Source of the DNA: Thermoleophilia bacterium
GTDB taxonomy: Bacteria; Actinomycetota; Thermoleophilia; Gaiellales; JAICJC01
DNA length: 64,000 nt
Reading direction: 5' to 3'
Assembly (NCBI GenBank): GCA_025928655.1
Contig: JAICJC010000002.1
Span: 7,531-71,530 of the forward strand
The notes under the pieces are model-generated. The model made no database searches. It saw nothing but the letters and a program-made list of their open reading frames with translations, and was not told the origin of the DNA. A program made the translations under genes and the position numbers. Shown in pieces: positions 19,501 to 27,983 of the stretch (positions within the stretch are counted from its first letter, which is position 1; each line of letters begins with the position of its first letter).

Positions 19501-20106
19501 CTCGCCCACGACCCGGTAGCGGTCGACGGGGCGCGAGCGGCCGCGCAGCTCGGTCGGGCCCATGTCCTCAAGCTCGAAGCAGTCGCGCACCTGGACGGCT
19601 GTATCGGGGCCGAGCATGACGTCGGCGTCGCCGGCCAGCGCCTGCAGGCGGGCGGTCACGTTCACGGTGTCGCCCAGGGCGTTGAAGTGCTCGGCGCCGT
19701 CGGAGTCGGGCGTGATCAGCACCGGGCCGGTGTTCACGGCGACCCGGGCCCGCAGGGCGATGCCGTAGGCCTCGTCGACGTCGCGCGAGTACGCGCCCAG
19801 CGCGCGCTGCAGAGCCAGGCCTGCGCGCACCGCCCGCTCGCTGTCGTCCTCGTGCGCCACGGGCGCGCCGAAGACCGCGAGCAGGCCGTCGCCGAGCAGC
19901 TGCGCGACCGTCCCGTCGTAGCGCTCGACCTGCTCGGCCATCAGCCGGACGACCTCGTCGAACAGGAACTTCGACCGCTCGGGACCGAGCTGCTCGCCGA
20001 TGGCCGTCGAGCCGGCCACGTCCGCCATCAGCACCGCCACGACGCGGCGCTCTCCCTCCGTCACCACCATGCCTGCAGTCTGGCACACCGTCGCTTCGCG
20101 GCCCAC
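16519..20106 (-). CDS. Class III nucleotide cyclase - STAND (AAA) ATPase - TPR - family 5 solute-binding domain fusion
   Basis: ADVAGST/GDG/GDTVNVTARLQ; Walker A GEPGIGKS, Walker B VFEDLHWAD, GGNPLF, FRHGLVQEAAY; C-terminal WSDGEPVTAHDFVY, VSNGPF, WLADYPDP; start GTG 20106 (RBS) or ATG 20070. Confidence 0.88.
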   Translation of the reverse strand: MGREATVCQTAGMVVTEGERRVVAVLMADVAGSTAIGEQLGPERSKFLFDEVVRLMAEQVERYDGTVAQLLGDGLLAVFGAPVAHEDDSERAVRAGLALQRALGAYSRDVDEAYGIALRARVAVNTGPVLITPDSDGAEHFNALGDTVNVTARLQALAGDADVMLGPDTAVQVRDCFELEDMGPTELRGRSRPVDRYRVVGELDRGARPADGPLVGRGSELAEVRGAFERLGDGIGVIVSVTGEPGIGKSRLAAEAVDPLRDRLKVLVGRGLSYTQGFSYWPIRDLLRDWLGASATTSEARIRFDLKAALHELYGPGDDRYPFLANLLGLQEADRRAAADLRELSHDALHRRSLEVVADLLTRLAAERPLLVVFEDLHWADELTLQAVESLIELTETEALGIALLYRSERELPSWGVGERARQHYPHRYVEVELRALAGDATRELAQALADAPLPEQVAELISQRAGGNPLFVSEALRDLVERGALRRENGGWELAVDPGRLEVPALVQGVLQARLDRLDAAGRETVAVAAVIGRRFGMPLLECVLSPEALPAALLELQRLDLIVEERRRPYPEYRFRHGLVQEAAYASLTDSDRQELHRRVGVALEELAGDETSGATLALLARHFSAADDPARAAEYLIRAGDDARAIYANQEAIRHYRQAREFLARMGDDRRSRETLFKIALVHHLAFNFAEAERAYDEAFACKVVPLDQPEPTERLATALPRPDALAPGLDYVSESNALTAHLFRGLLVIDRDLNVMPSLAENFRVSGDGLTYLFQLRESACWSDGEPVTAHDFVYTWERARQRSTVTAFLLQDVEGATALDDHTLEVVLRAPRNYFPYVLASTYSYPWPRHLCESQGDDWHRRQPLVSNGPFLLESIDDDRLVMVANPRWTGRRGNLREIEVDFRIHAKTTAVKDLWASGQVDVLSMPFEPEGDEDCVDLAPTLGTAMIGFRSDRAPLDDVRVRRAVAAALAPVARAFPKSGLVSRPAEGGGLLPPAMPGHDHHVSEALDLDGARALLAEAGYPGGEGLPRLRMLIAKGFSVLIDVLEAALAEIGVGVEAVISERAIRSADDESDLWMGAWLADYPDPDGFFRGLLEDPCDPVTEQAMNSRLLDLLSRARASRDQDERLELYGRIDRLLVAEWAVLVPVAYQRTTLLRRPWVHGLWANALTPFRLDGVIVDRADAHPGAAG

Positions 20107-20125
20107 TTTCTCTCCCTCTCCTCGA

Positions 20126-20139
20126 CGAACGTATGTTCG
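20126..20139. promoter_or_regulatory. LexA (SOS) box
   Basis: CGAAC-GTAT-GTTCG matches the Gram-positive GAAC-N4-GTTC consensus; overlaps a putative TTGCGA-N17-GAACAT promoter on the minus strand. Confidence 0.7.
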
Positions 20140-20169
20140 CACGCCGGGCGTGGAGTCGCAACCGGGAAT

Positions 20170-20202
20170 GGGGACCGTCCCCGCTCGGCGGGGAGGGTCC
20201 CC
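20170..20202. repeat. REP-like double palindrome, copy 1 (degenerate)
   Basis: GGGGACCGTCCCC-GCTCGGC-GGGGAGGGTCCCC. Confidence 0.75.
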
Positions 20203-20212
20203 GATTCTCGCG

Positions 20213-22519
20213 CTACAGAGACCGCAGCGCCGGGCCCAGGGCCTGGCGGTCCTCGAGCACCGGGGCCTGGAGATCGCCCATACGGGACACGCGGTTCAGC
20301 ACGACGGACAACGTGAAGGCATCCGGGTCGACACCGGCGCGCAGCTCGTCCCAGGTGACCGGCGTCGACACCGGCGCGCCGGGCTTCGGGCGCACCGAGT
20401 AGGCGAACGCGATCGTGCGGCCGGGGCCGTTCTGGTTCGCGTCGATCAGGACGCCCCTGCGCTTCGCCTTCGACCACTCCGTCGTGACCAGGTCGGGCCG
20501 GATCGAGGCGAGCGCGCGCGAGATCGCGAGCACGACGCCGCGGGTCTGGTCGTAGCCGTAGCGGCGGGCGAGCGGCACGAGCACGTGCACCCCGTCGGAG
20601 CCGCTCGTCTTCGGATACCCGCGCAGGTCGACGGCGGCCAGGGCGTCGCGCACGAGCAGCGCCACCTCGGCCGCGGCGGCGAACCCGGCCTCCGGCGTCG
20701 GGTCGAGATCGAACAGGGCGAAGTCGGGGCGGTCGGGGCGGTCGATCCGCGAGCACCACGCGTTCAGGTCGATGCAGCCCATGTTCGCCATCCACAGGAG
20801 CGCCGCCTCCTCGTTCACGAGCGGGTAGCGGATCATGCGCTTCTCGCGCGTGTCCCGCGACGTGGCCGGGAACTCCGCGGTCGGGATCCAGTCGGGCATG
20901 TGCGACGGCGCGTTCTTCTGGAAGAACGGCTTGGCGGCGATCCCGTCCGGGTAGCGCTTCATCGTGAACGGCCGGCTCTCGAGGTGCGGCACGGCCACCT
21001 CGGCCACCGCCCGGTAGTACTCGATCAGGTCGCCCTTCGTGATCCCCTCCCCGGGCCAGAACACCTTGTCGAGGTTGGAGAGCTCGAGCGGCCGCACGCG
21101 CGCCGCCGTCCGCTCCCGGCGGGCCTCCTCCCGGTGCACCTCGGCCGCCGGCTTGTCGTCGCGCAGGCCCTTGTAGGAGGGCGCCCGCAGGCGGCCGTCC
21201 CGCGTCCACTCCAGGAACTCGACCTCGCACACGAGCTCCGGCTCGACCCAGGTGACGTCGCCCGCGCGCACGCGGGCCATCTTCGGCGCGACCCCGAGCG
21301 GCGTCGTCTCGCGCCGCAGCGGCGCGAGCCGGTCCATCAGCATGTCCAGCTCGGCGTCGTCGAACCCGGTGCCGCAGTTTCCGGCCCAGACGAGCTCGCC
21401 GTCACGCTCCACCGCCAGGACGAGCGAGCCGAAGGCGTTGTCGCGCCGCCCCTGACCGCGCGTGTAGCCGGCGATCACGAGCTCCTGCCGCTGCTGCGTC
21501 TTCACCTTCACCCAGGCATCGCTCCGACGCCCGGCAAGGTAGCGGCTGGCGGGCCGCTTCGCGAGGACGCCCTCGAGCTCGTGCGCGCGCGCCTGCTCGA
21601 GCAGCGCCGGCCCGTCATCGAACGCGACCGAGAGCCGCACCACCTCGCCCGGGATCAGCGTCTCCTCCAGCAGCTCCTTGCGCTCGGTCAGCGGGAGCGT
21701 GGTCACGTCGCGGCCGTCGAGCATGAGGATGTCGAAGGCGTACATCGTGAGCGCCCCGCCGCCGTGCTGGAGCAGCGAGAAGCGCGGCCGCCCCGCCTCG
21801 TCGAGCGCGCACACCTCGCCGTCGATCACGCAGTCGGCGCTGCGCAGCGACCCCGGCAGCGCCCGCGCCACCTGGGCGAAGCGGGCGGTCAGGTCGTTGC
21901 CGTTTCTGCTGCGCAGCGTCGCCTCGCCGCCCTCGACGGCGGCGATCACGCGGTAGCCGTCCCACTTGACCTCGTACACCCAGTCGCCGTGGACGGGGAG
22001 CTCGGCCGCCGGGACGGCCAGCATCGGCCGCAGCTCGGCCGGGTCGCCGGCCAGGTCGCCCTCGTCCTTGCGCATCATGAGCCAGTTGCGCGCGTCGCCG
22101 TCCAGCCGGGCCGGCACGAGCGTCCAGAGGCCGTTCAGGCGCCCGCCCCGCAGCCGCACCGTGAGCCCGCCGTCGCGCTTCTCCTCCACCAGCTCGTAGT
22201 GGCCGCGGTCCCAGATCTCGACCGTCCCGCCGCCGTACTCGCCCTTGGGGATCTCGCCCTCGAAGTTCGCGTAGTCGAGCGGGTGGTCCTCGACGTGGAC
22301 GGCCAGGTGGCGCTGGCCCTTGCGCAGCGGGATCCCCTTGGGCACCGCCCAGCTCGCGAGGGCGCCGTCGCGCTCGATCCGGAAGTCGAAGTGCAGCCGG
22401 CGGGCGTCGTGGCGCTGGACGACGAAGATCGGCTCGTCACCCCCGCCCGCGCCCGTGAACGGCTCCGGGGTCCTCCCCGGGTCGCGCTTGCGCCGGTAGG
22501 CGTCGAGTCGCTCGGGCAC
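20213..22519 (-). CDS. ligD: NHEJ DNA ligase D (phosphoesterase-ligase-polymerase)
   Basis: YRRKRD..TPEP, FVVQRH.ARRLHFDFR, SWAVPKG; YEVKWDGYR, EGVLAK; SNLDKVFWP, RYPDG, FDLDP, KTSG. Confidence 0.95.
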   Translation of the reverse strand: MPERLDAYRRKRDPGRTPEPFTGAGGGDEPIFVVQRHDARRLHFDFRIERDGALASWAVPKGIPLRKGQRHLAVHVEDHPLDYANFEGEIPKGEYGGGTVEIWDRGHYELVEEKRDGGLTVRLRGGRLNGLWTLVPARLDGDARNWLMMRKDEGDLAGDPAELRPMLAVPAAELPVHGDWVYEVKWDGYRVIAAVEGGEATLRSRNGNDLTARFAQVARALPGSLRSADCVIDGEVCALDEAGRPRFSLLQHGGGALTMYAFDILMLDGRDVTTLPLTERKELLEETLIPGEVVRLSVAFDDGPALLEQARAHELEGVLAKRPASRYLAGRRSDAWVKVKTQQRQELVIAGYTRGQGRRDNAFGSLVLAVERDGELVWAGNCGTGFDDAELDMLMDRLAPLRRETTPLGVAPKMARVRAGDVTWVEPELVCEVEFLEWTRDGRLRAPSYKGLRDDKPAAEVHREEARRERTAARVRPLELSNLDKVFWPGEGITKGDLIEYYRAVAEVAVPHLESRPFTMKRYPDGIAAKPFFQKNAPSHMPDWIPTAEFPATSRDTREKRMIRYPLVNEEAALLWMANMGCIDLNAWCSRIDRPDRPDFALFDLDPTPEAGFAAAAEVALLVRDALAAVDLRGYPKTSGSDGVHVLVPLARRYGYDQTRGVVLAISRALASIRPDLVTTEWSKAKRRGVLIDANQNGPGRTIAFAYSVRPKPGAPVSTPVTWDELRAGVDPDAFTLSVVLNRVSRMGDLQAPVLEDRQALGPALRSL

Positions 22520-22521
22520 GC

Positions 22522-22992
22522 CTACGAGGTGGCCCCGGGGACGAGCCGCTCCCAGTAGGAGGCCAGATCGCGCAGCTCGTCCGCGTCGAACCGCTCCAGG
22601 AACCGCCGTCGCACACCGGCCAGATGGGTGGCGCGGGCCGCGTCGAAGGCCGCCCGCCCACGCGGGGTGAGCACCGCGTACTGGCCGCGGGCGTCGTCCT
22701 CGCACGGCACCCGCTCGACCAGCCCGTCGCGCTCCAGCCGGTCGACGAGCCGGGTGACGCCGCTGCGCGAGAGCAGGACGGAGTCGGCGATCTCGGACAT
22801 CCGCATCCGCACCGCCGGCGCGTCCGCGACGGTCAGGAGCACCTCGTAGGAGCTGAGCGGGAGCCCGTGGGCGGCGATCAGCTCGGCGTCCAGCTCGCGC
22901 TCGAGGGCCGCATGCACGCGCAGGAACCCCCGCCACGAGGCCAGCTCCCTCCGGGTCAGCAGCACGGTGTCGGCGGCCGAGCTCTCCTGCAT
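22522..22992 (-). CDS. MarR family regulator
   Basis: YEVL, RMSEIA, LSRSGVTRLVDRL, D.RG. Confidence 0.92.
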   Translation of the reverse strand: MQESSAADTVLLTRRELASWRGFLRVHAALERELDAELIAAHGLPLSSYEVLLTVADAPAVRMRMSEIADSVLLSRSGVTRLVDRLERDGLVERVPCEDDARGQYAVLTPRGRAAFDAARATHLAGVRRRFLERFDADELRDLASYWERLVPGATS

Positions 22993-23029
22993 CGCTCCCC
23001 CTGCGACGGTAGTTGCATCGACAAGGGTA

Positions 23030-23683
23030 TCAGCGGTCGGCGAGCACGTCCTCGAGCCAGCCCCGCAGCTCGGACAGGTACTGCGGATCGATGCTGTGCG
23101 CCATGCGCGACTCGCGGTAGCGGACGTCGGCCCCGGCCGCCTCGAGCAGCGCCCGCGCCCGGCGTCCGAACTCGACGCCGATCACGGAGTCGTGCGTCCC
23201 GTGGCCGATCGCGACCGGGAGGCCGGCGCGCTCCTCGAGGCCGAGCTCGAACCCCGGCACCTCGGGCACGAACCCGGAGAGCGCGATGATCCCCGCCGGC
23301 CGTGGCCGCTCCGCCGCCAGGCCCAGCGCATAGGACATGACGGCGCCCTGCGAGAACCCCGCCAGGACGATGCGGTCGGCCGTGAGGTCGTGCGCCGCCG
23401 CCGTCGCGTCGAGCCAGGCGGAGAAGGCGGCGAAGGTGGGCAGGAAGGTGCCCGGGTCGGGCCGGCCGATCTCGTGCACCGCGTACCAGTGCGCGCCGCC
23501 CGGCGGCAGCCGCAACGGCCCGCGCGGGAGGACGGCGAGCAGGCGGCGGGCGGGATCCAGCATGTCGGCCAGCGGGAGCAGGTCGAGCTCGTCGGCGCCG
23601 CGGCCGTGCGTCAGCACCAGCATCCCGGCGGGCGCCGCCGCGGCCGGCCGGTCGATCGAGCGGATCTCGAGCGGCTCGCTCAG
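23030..23683 (-). CDS. Phospholipase/carboxylesterase (MhqD/YpfH-like)
   Basis: HGRGADE, GFSQGA, HGTHD, MAHSI; start CTG 23683 (overlaps cupin stop) or ATG 23623. Confidence 0.85.
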   Translation of the reverse strand: MSEPLEIRSIDRPAAAAPAGMLVLTHGRGADELDLLPLADMLDPARRLLAVLPRGPLRLPPGGAHWYAVHEIGRPDPGTFLPTFAAFSAWLDATAAAHDLTADRIVLAGFSQGAVMSYALGLAAERPRPAGIIALSGFVPEVPGFELGLEERAGLPVAIGHGTHDSVIGVEFGRRARALLEAAGADVRYRESRMAHSIDPQYLSELRGWLEDVLADR

Positions 23684-24618
23684 TCCTCGCCGTCCCAGTA
23701 GTCGAGCTGCTCGATCCGGCCCATCACGCCGACGCCGCCGAGCAGCACCTTGCCCGAGCGGGGGTAGTAGCAGATGTCGTTCGGCTCGCGGGCGCCGTAG
23801 GCCAGGAACGTGAGGCCGTCGGGGCCGCCCCGGAGCACGTGGGCGGTCCCGGTGCCGGCCTCGCGGCCGACGATCGTGCCGATGCGGACGGGGTGCTCCT
23901 CGTCGTCGCCCAGGATGAGCGTCCCGTCGCCGCCGAGGACGACGAAGATCTCCTCCTCGGCGGAATGGCAGTGCGGCGGCGTGGCGAGCTTGCCCGGGTC
24001 GGTGACGACGTGCTGGAGCCCGGTCGCGACCGAGCCGGCGGCGCGGCCGAGGTTGCGCCGCTCGCGGCAGACGGTGGCGCCGTCGCGGCGCTTGCCGGGA
24101 ACGGCGTCGAGGTGCACGATCCGGGCCGGCCGCGGCGACGGGACGGGCACCGCGGGCGCACCCGCGCGGGCCTCGGCCTGCCACGGCGAGGGCTCGCCGC
24201 CGGAGCGCACCCAGCTCGGGCCGTGCCACGAGAGCCCGGCCCGCGGCAGGTACGCGCCGCCGCCGCGGACGCGCTGGCCGAAGACGAGCACGTCGAGGCC
24301 GTCCGGCCCCGCCTGGAGGGTGTGGGCCTCGGCGCGGGCGAGGTGCACGAGGCAGTCGCCGGGGCCGATCGCATATGTGGCCGGCCCGCCGCCTTCGTCC
24401 TGCCACGCGAGGCCGCTCCCCGACAGCACCCAGAAGATCTCCTCCTCGGCGTGCTCGATGTGCGCCGGCGTCGACCACTTCCCCGGCGCGATCCGGATCC
24501 GCTGCAGGCCGACCGTGCGCGTGCCGGCGGCCGTCCCGAGGTCGTGCCAGACGGCGTCGAGATGGCCGTCGGCCGCCTGGACGCCCTCGACCTCGTCCCA
24601 GTGCGCGATCCCGCTCAC
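23680..24618 (-). CDS. Bicupin domain protein
   Basis: Two cupin motifs H.E..EEEIFWVLSG and HCHSAEEEIFVVL; ends YYPRSGK..LDYWDGE. Confidence 0.85.
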   Translation of the reverse strand: MSGIAHWDEVEGVQAADGHLDAVWHDLGTAAGTRTVGLQRIRIAPGKWSTPAHIEHAEEEIFWVLSGSGLAWQDEGGGPATYAIGPGDCLVHLARAEAHTLQAGPDGLDVLVFGQRVRGGGAYLPRAGLSWHGPSWVRSGGEPSPWQAEARAGAPAVPVPSPRPARIVHLDAVPGKRRDGATVCRERRNLGRAAGSVATGLQHVVTDPGKLATPPHCHSAEEEIFVVLGGDGTLILGDDEEHPVRIGTIVGREAGTGTAHVLRGGPDGLTFLAYGAREPNDICYYPRSGKVLLGGVGVMGRIEQLDYWDGED

Positions 24619-24629
24619 GCGGGTGGAGA

Positions 24630-25508
24630 CTACTGGGTGGCGGCCGTCGCCGCAGCGGGCAGCTCGGCCACCTCGCGCGCAGGCGGCGCCGTCACGTGGA
24701 CGGGCACGCCGAAGTCGAACATGTCGAGCCGCAGGTCCATTGCCATCGTGCCGCCGGTGGCGGCCACGGGGACCGACATCCGGTAGGCGAGGCGGCGGAC
24801 GAGCTTGTCCCCGCCGATCCAGACGTCGACCGGCATCCTGTCGGTGCCGAGCATCTCGATCAGACGGGCGTCGGACCGCTGCACGGCGGCGCGGACGGCG
24901 GCCGGCGCGTTCTTCGCCGCCTTGGCGAGGTCGATCACGGCGCGGTAGTGGACGGTGAGCACGCCCCGCACCGTCGCGGGGCCGAGGTTTCGGAGCGAGT
25001 CGGACTCGTTCTCGAGCGTCTGCAGCATCTCGGTCGGATCGTCGCTGCCGGTGCTCGCGAGCGCGCTCAGATCGATGCCGTTCGCGCGCTCGAGCCTGGC
25101 CATGTCGAGCTTCACCCACCGCTTGCCGTGCAGCGCCGCCGTGAAGAGCGGCGAGCGCATGTAGATCACGGGCCACACCATGATCTCGCGCATCCGGATC
25201 GTGCCCGCGCCGGGGATCGCCATGTGCAGCGCGAGATCGACGGAACGGTCGCGGAAGCCGACGACGCCGGTCGCGTCGGCGGTCACGGCCGTCCCGTTCG
25301 GCGGCACCGTCATCCGCATGCGCATCGCGATCCGCGCGCTCCTGGCGTGCGAGGTGCGGGTCGCCGAGGCCGCCAGCTCCACGTCCGGGCTGGGCGCGGT
25401 GGACGCATGCGGCGGGGACGTGGTGTGGTCCGCCTGCGCCTGCCCGCAGGCGGTGGCGCCGGCGAGGAGGGCGAGGACGACGAGGAGGCGGGAGGGCCGC
25501 AGCACCAC
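24630..25508 (-). CDS. Lipoprotein, LppX/LprAFG-like
   Basis: Lipobox LAGATA-C; K.WVK.D, VRGV.T.HY, VDVWI...LVRR, DFGVPV.V.APP. Confidence 0.75.
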   Translation of the reverse strand: MVLRPSRLLVVLALLAGATACGQAQADHTTSPPHASTAPSPDVELAASATRTSHARSARIAMRMRMTVPPNGTAVTADATGVVGFRDRSVDLALHMAIPGAGTIRMREIMVWPVIYMRSPLFTAALHGKRWVKLDMARLERANGIDLSALASTGSDDPTEMLQTLENESDSLRNLGPATVRGVLTVHYRAVIDLAKAAKNAPAAVRAAVQRSDARLIEMLGTDRMPVDVWIGGDKLVRRLAYRMSVPVAATGGTMAMDLRLDMFDFGVPVHVTAPPAREVAELPAAATAATQ

Positions 25509-25562
25509 CTCTCGTTCTAGCGGGCAATTCGCGATCGGTCTAGGGCGGGCTAGGATCGTGGG

Positions 25563-26630
25563 ATGGCGGTCACATCGCACGCGATCGTCGAGTGTCGCGG
25601 CGACGGCCGGGAGCGCGGCCGTGCGCACGGCGAGGCGCTGCGCGAGCGGATCGGCGGCCTGCTCGAGCGCTGGGACGCCGGCGTTGCCGGCCGGCTGGGA
25701 CGGCCGCCGCAGACGCTCGTCTCCGGCCTCGTCGAGACGACGGGCTTCGTGGCCGCGATCGAGCGCCACACGCCCGACCTGCTGGACGAGGTGCGCGGGA
25801 TCGCCGAGGGGGCGGGCGTCGCCTTCGACCGCATCCTGGCCCTGAATCTGATGGACGAGGAGTGGTGGTTCTCGGCCCCGGCCGAGCCCCGCGACGCGTG
25901 CACCCTGATCGCGGTCGGCCCGGCGGCGGGCCGCCCCACGCTGCTGGCGCAGAACATGGATCTGCCCGAGGTCATGGACGGCGCCCAGGCGCTGTTGCGA
26001 TACGACGACGGGACGGGCGACGGCGGGGCCGTCCTCACCGCCGCCGGCATGATCGGCCTCACCGGCGTGAGCTCGGCGGGGCTCGGCGTGGGCGTGAACA
26101 CGCTCGCGATGCTGAACCATTCGCGCGACGGCCTTCCCGTCGCCTTCGTGATGCGCGGGGCGCTTGCCGCGGGCAGCGTGGCCGGCGCGGCGGAGTTCCT
26201 GGCGCGGGTGCCGCACGCGTCCGGGCAGCACTACGCCCTGGCCGATCCGACCGCGGTGGCCGGCTACGAGTGCTCGGCGGCGGGGGCGGTGCGCTCGGAC
26301 GACGGCGGGGGGCGCTTCTGCCATACGAATCACCCGCTGCGTAGCGGCGATCTCGATCCCTTCATGGCCCCCGAGGGCAGGGAGGACTCGCGCGTCCGGC
26401 TGGCGGCCGTCGAGTCCGTCGCCGGCGGCGTGGCTGTGGGTGCCGACTGCGAGCGCGCGCTGGCCGATCGCGAGGCGCCGCTGTGCGTCATCCCCGAGCC
26501 GGGCCGCCCCTGGATCACGTTCGGCTCCATCTGGGCGGAGCTGGGCGACGTGCCGCGGGCGCGGGTCGCGCTGGGCCCGCCGGACCGCACGCCCTGGGTG
26601 GACGTCCCCGTCAAGATGATTGATCGGTAA
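25563..26630 (+). CDS. Peptidase C45 family (Ntn) acyltransferase/hydrolase
   Basis: ERGRAHG, EVRGIAEG, autocleavage A|CT, AQNMD, GVNTL, HTNH. Confidence 0.85.
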   Translation: MAVTSHAIVECRGDGRERGRAHGEALRERIGGLLERWDAGVAGRLGRPPQTLVSGLVETTGFVAAIERHTPDLLDEVRGIAEGAGVAFDRILALNLMDEEWWFSAPAEPRDACTLIAVGPAAGRPTLLAQNMDLPEVMDGAQALLRYDDGTGDGGAVLTAAGMIGLTGVSSAGLGVGVNTLAMLNHSRDGLPVAFVMRGALAAGSVAGAAEFLARVPHASGQHYALADPTAVAGYECSAAGAVRSDDGGGRFCHTNHPLRSGDLDPFMAPEGREDSRVRLAAVESVAGGVAVGADCERALADREAPLCVIPEPGRPWITFGSIWAELGDVPRARVALGPPDRTPWVDVPVKMIDR

Positions 26631-26813
26631 GTCCCGCGCGCGTGGACGCATGACGGGTGGTGGTCAGGCGAGGGGCTGGTGGCGCTGCGGCTGCGAACCG
26701 GCGGATCGCCGCGTCCTCGGTCGCGCCCATACAGCCAGGTATGGACGCTCCCTGCGTCCTTGCGCTGCTTGATTCGCAGCCGCCCAGGACATCACGGACT
26801 TACCGATCAATCA
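26617..26813. mobile_element. MITE-like element with 18-bp terminal inverted repeats
   Basis: TGATTGATCGGTAAGTCC (26617-34) / GGACTTACCGATCAATCA (26796-813) perfect IR; internal 11-bp IR 26687-97/26773-83. Confidence 0.6.
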
Positions 26814-26826
26814 CCTAGAGGCCGCC

Positions 26827-27531
26827 CTACCCCGGCTCGTCGCCCCACAGCTGTTCGAGCGCCGAGCGCAGGAGCCGGGAGACGTGCATCTGCGAGATGC
26901 CGAGCCGCTCGGCGATCTCGGTCTGGGAGAGCTCGAGGCCGAAGCGGAGGGTGACGATGCGCTGGGAGCGCGGGTCGAGCTCCTCCAGCCGGCGGCCCAC
27001 GTCGAGCCGGCGCTCGACCTGCTCGATCGCGTCCTCCCAGCCGCCGTGGGCCTCGAGCAGCCCGTCCTCGCCCATCCGCGGCGGAGCCAACCCGTGCCGC
27101 GCGCGCAGGCCTGTGACGACCTGCTCCTCGTCCAGCCCCGCCCGCTCGGCGATGCGATCGACGGTCGGAGGCTGGCCGGACTCGGCTGTGAGCTCCGCCG
27201 CGGCGGCCTCGACCGCGGCGGCGAGGTCGCGGCCGGTGCGCGACACGTGAACGGCGGCCGCCCCGCGCGCCAGGGCGCGCATCTCGCCGAGCGCGTAGCG
27301 GGTGGCGTACGGCTCGAACGCCGCGCCGCGGTCCGGGTCGAACCCGTCGACGGCCGCCAGCACGCCCACCATGCCGGCCTGCTCCAGGTCCTGCCTCGGC
27401 ACCCGCGCGCTCGCGAGCCGCCCCGCCAGGCGGCCCACCAGCGGGCTCATCTCCTTCACGAGCTCCGCCTTCGCGGCGTCGTCACCGCCCGCCGCCAGAA
27501 CCGCCAGCCGTCCGGCCGGATCAACCGGCAC
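26827..27531 (-). CDS. SigB/SigF/SigG family RNA polymerase sigma factor
   Basis: DLEQAG..G...AVD.FDPDRG, PTV..IA, SQTEIAERLGISQMHVSRLLR. Confidence 0.9.
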   Translation of the reverse strand: MPVDPAGRLAVLAAGGDDAAKAELVKEMSPLVGRLAGRLASARVPRQDLEQAGMVGVLAAVDGFDPDRGAAFEPYATRYALGEMRALARGAAAVHVSRTGRDLAAAVEAAAAELTAESGQPPTVDRIAERAGLDEEQVVTGLRARHGLAPPRMGEDGLLEAHGGWEDAIEQVERRLDVGRRLEELDPRSQRIVTLRFGLELSQTEIAERLGISQMHVSRLLRSALEQLWGDEPG

Positions 27532-27850
27532 GCATCACGACGCCCGCGCCGTCGCCGTCGATCTCGACGTCCGTGACGAGCCGGCGCAGCGTCTGCCCGC
27601 ACTCGCGCAGCCCGGCCGGCTCGATCGGCCGCACGGCGACCGTGAGGCGGCCCTCGTCCGGTGTCACCTCGATCAGGAGCGGGCGTCCGGCGCCGCGGAC
27701 GGCGAGCTCGACGGCCATCACGAGCTCGTCCAGCACCGCCACGTCGAGCCCGGCGCGCGCCCCCAGCGCGAGCAGCACCGGCTCGGCCACCGCAGCGGCG
27801 GGCGCCTCGCCCAGCACGCGCAGGCTGACTCTGCCGTCGATCACCGCCAC
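27521..27850 (-). CDS. Degenerate RsbW-like anti-sigma protein (putative)
   Basis: LGARAGLDVAVLDELVMAVE resembles an anti-sigma N-terminal helix; overlaps sigma start; ATP-binding motifs not seen. Confidence 0.5.
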   Translation of the reverse strand: MAVIDGRVSLRVLGEAPAAAVAEPVLLALGARAGLDVAVLDELVMAVELAVRGAGRPLLIEVTPDEGRLTVAVRPIEPAGLRECGQTLRRLVTDVEIDGDGAGVVMRAG

Positions 27851-27983
27851 CTCGATGCAGAGGTTAGCGCCCGGACGGGGCAGAGAAGCCCGATTGACAC
27901 CGATTGGGAGCGGCACTAGGGTGGTGCGTGTCATCGGCGCGCAGAGGCGAGCTGTCCGTTCCCGCCGGTCGGGGCAGCGGGAC

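Noticed and set aside
16519-20106. STAND protein as an Avs/Pycsar-type antiphage system
   Set aside because: No defence-island context or effector gene; architecture fits signalling STANDs. Not fully excluded
25563-26630. C45 enzyme as evidence of beta-lactam biosynthesis
   Set aside because: No ACV synthetase or IPNS; the family is widespread
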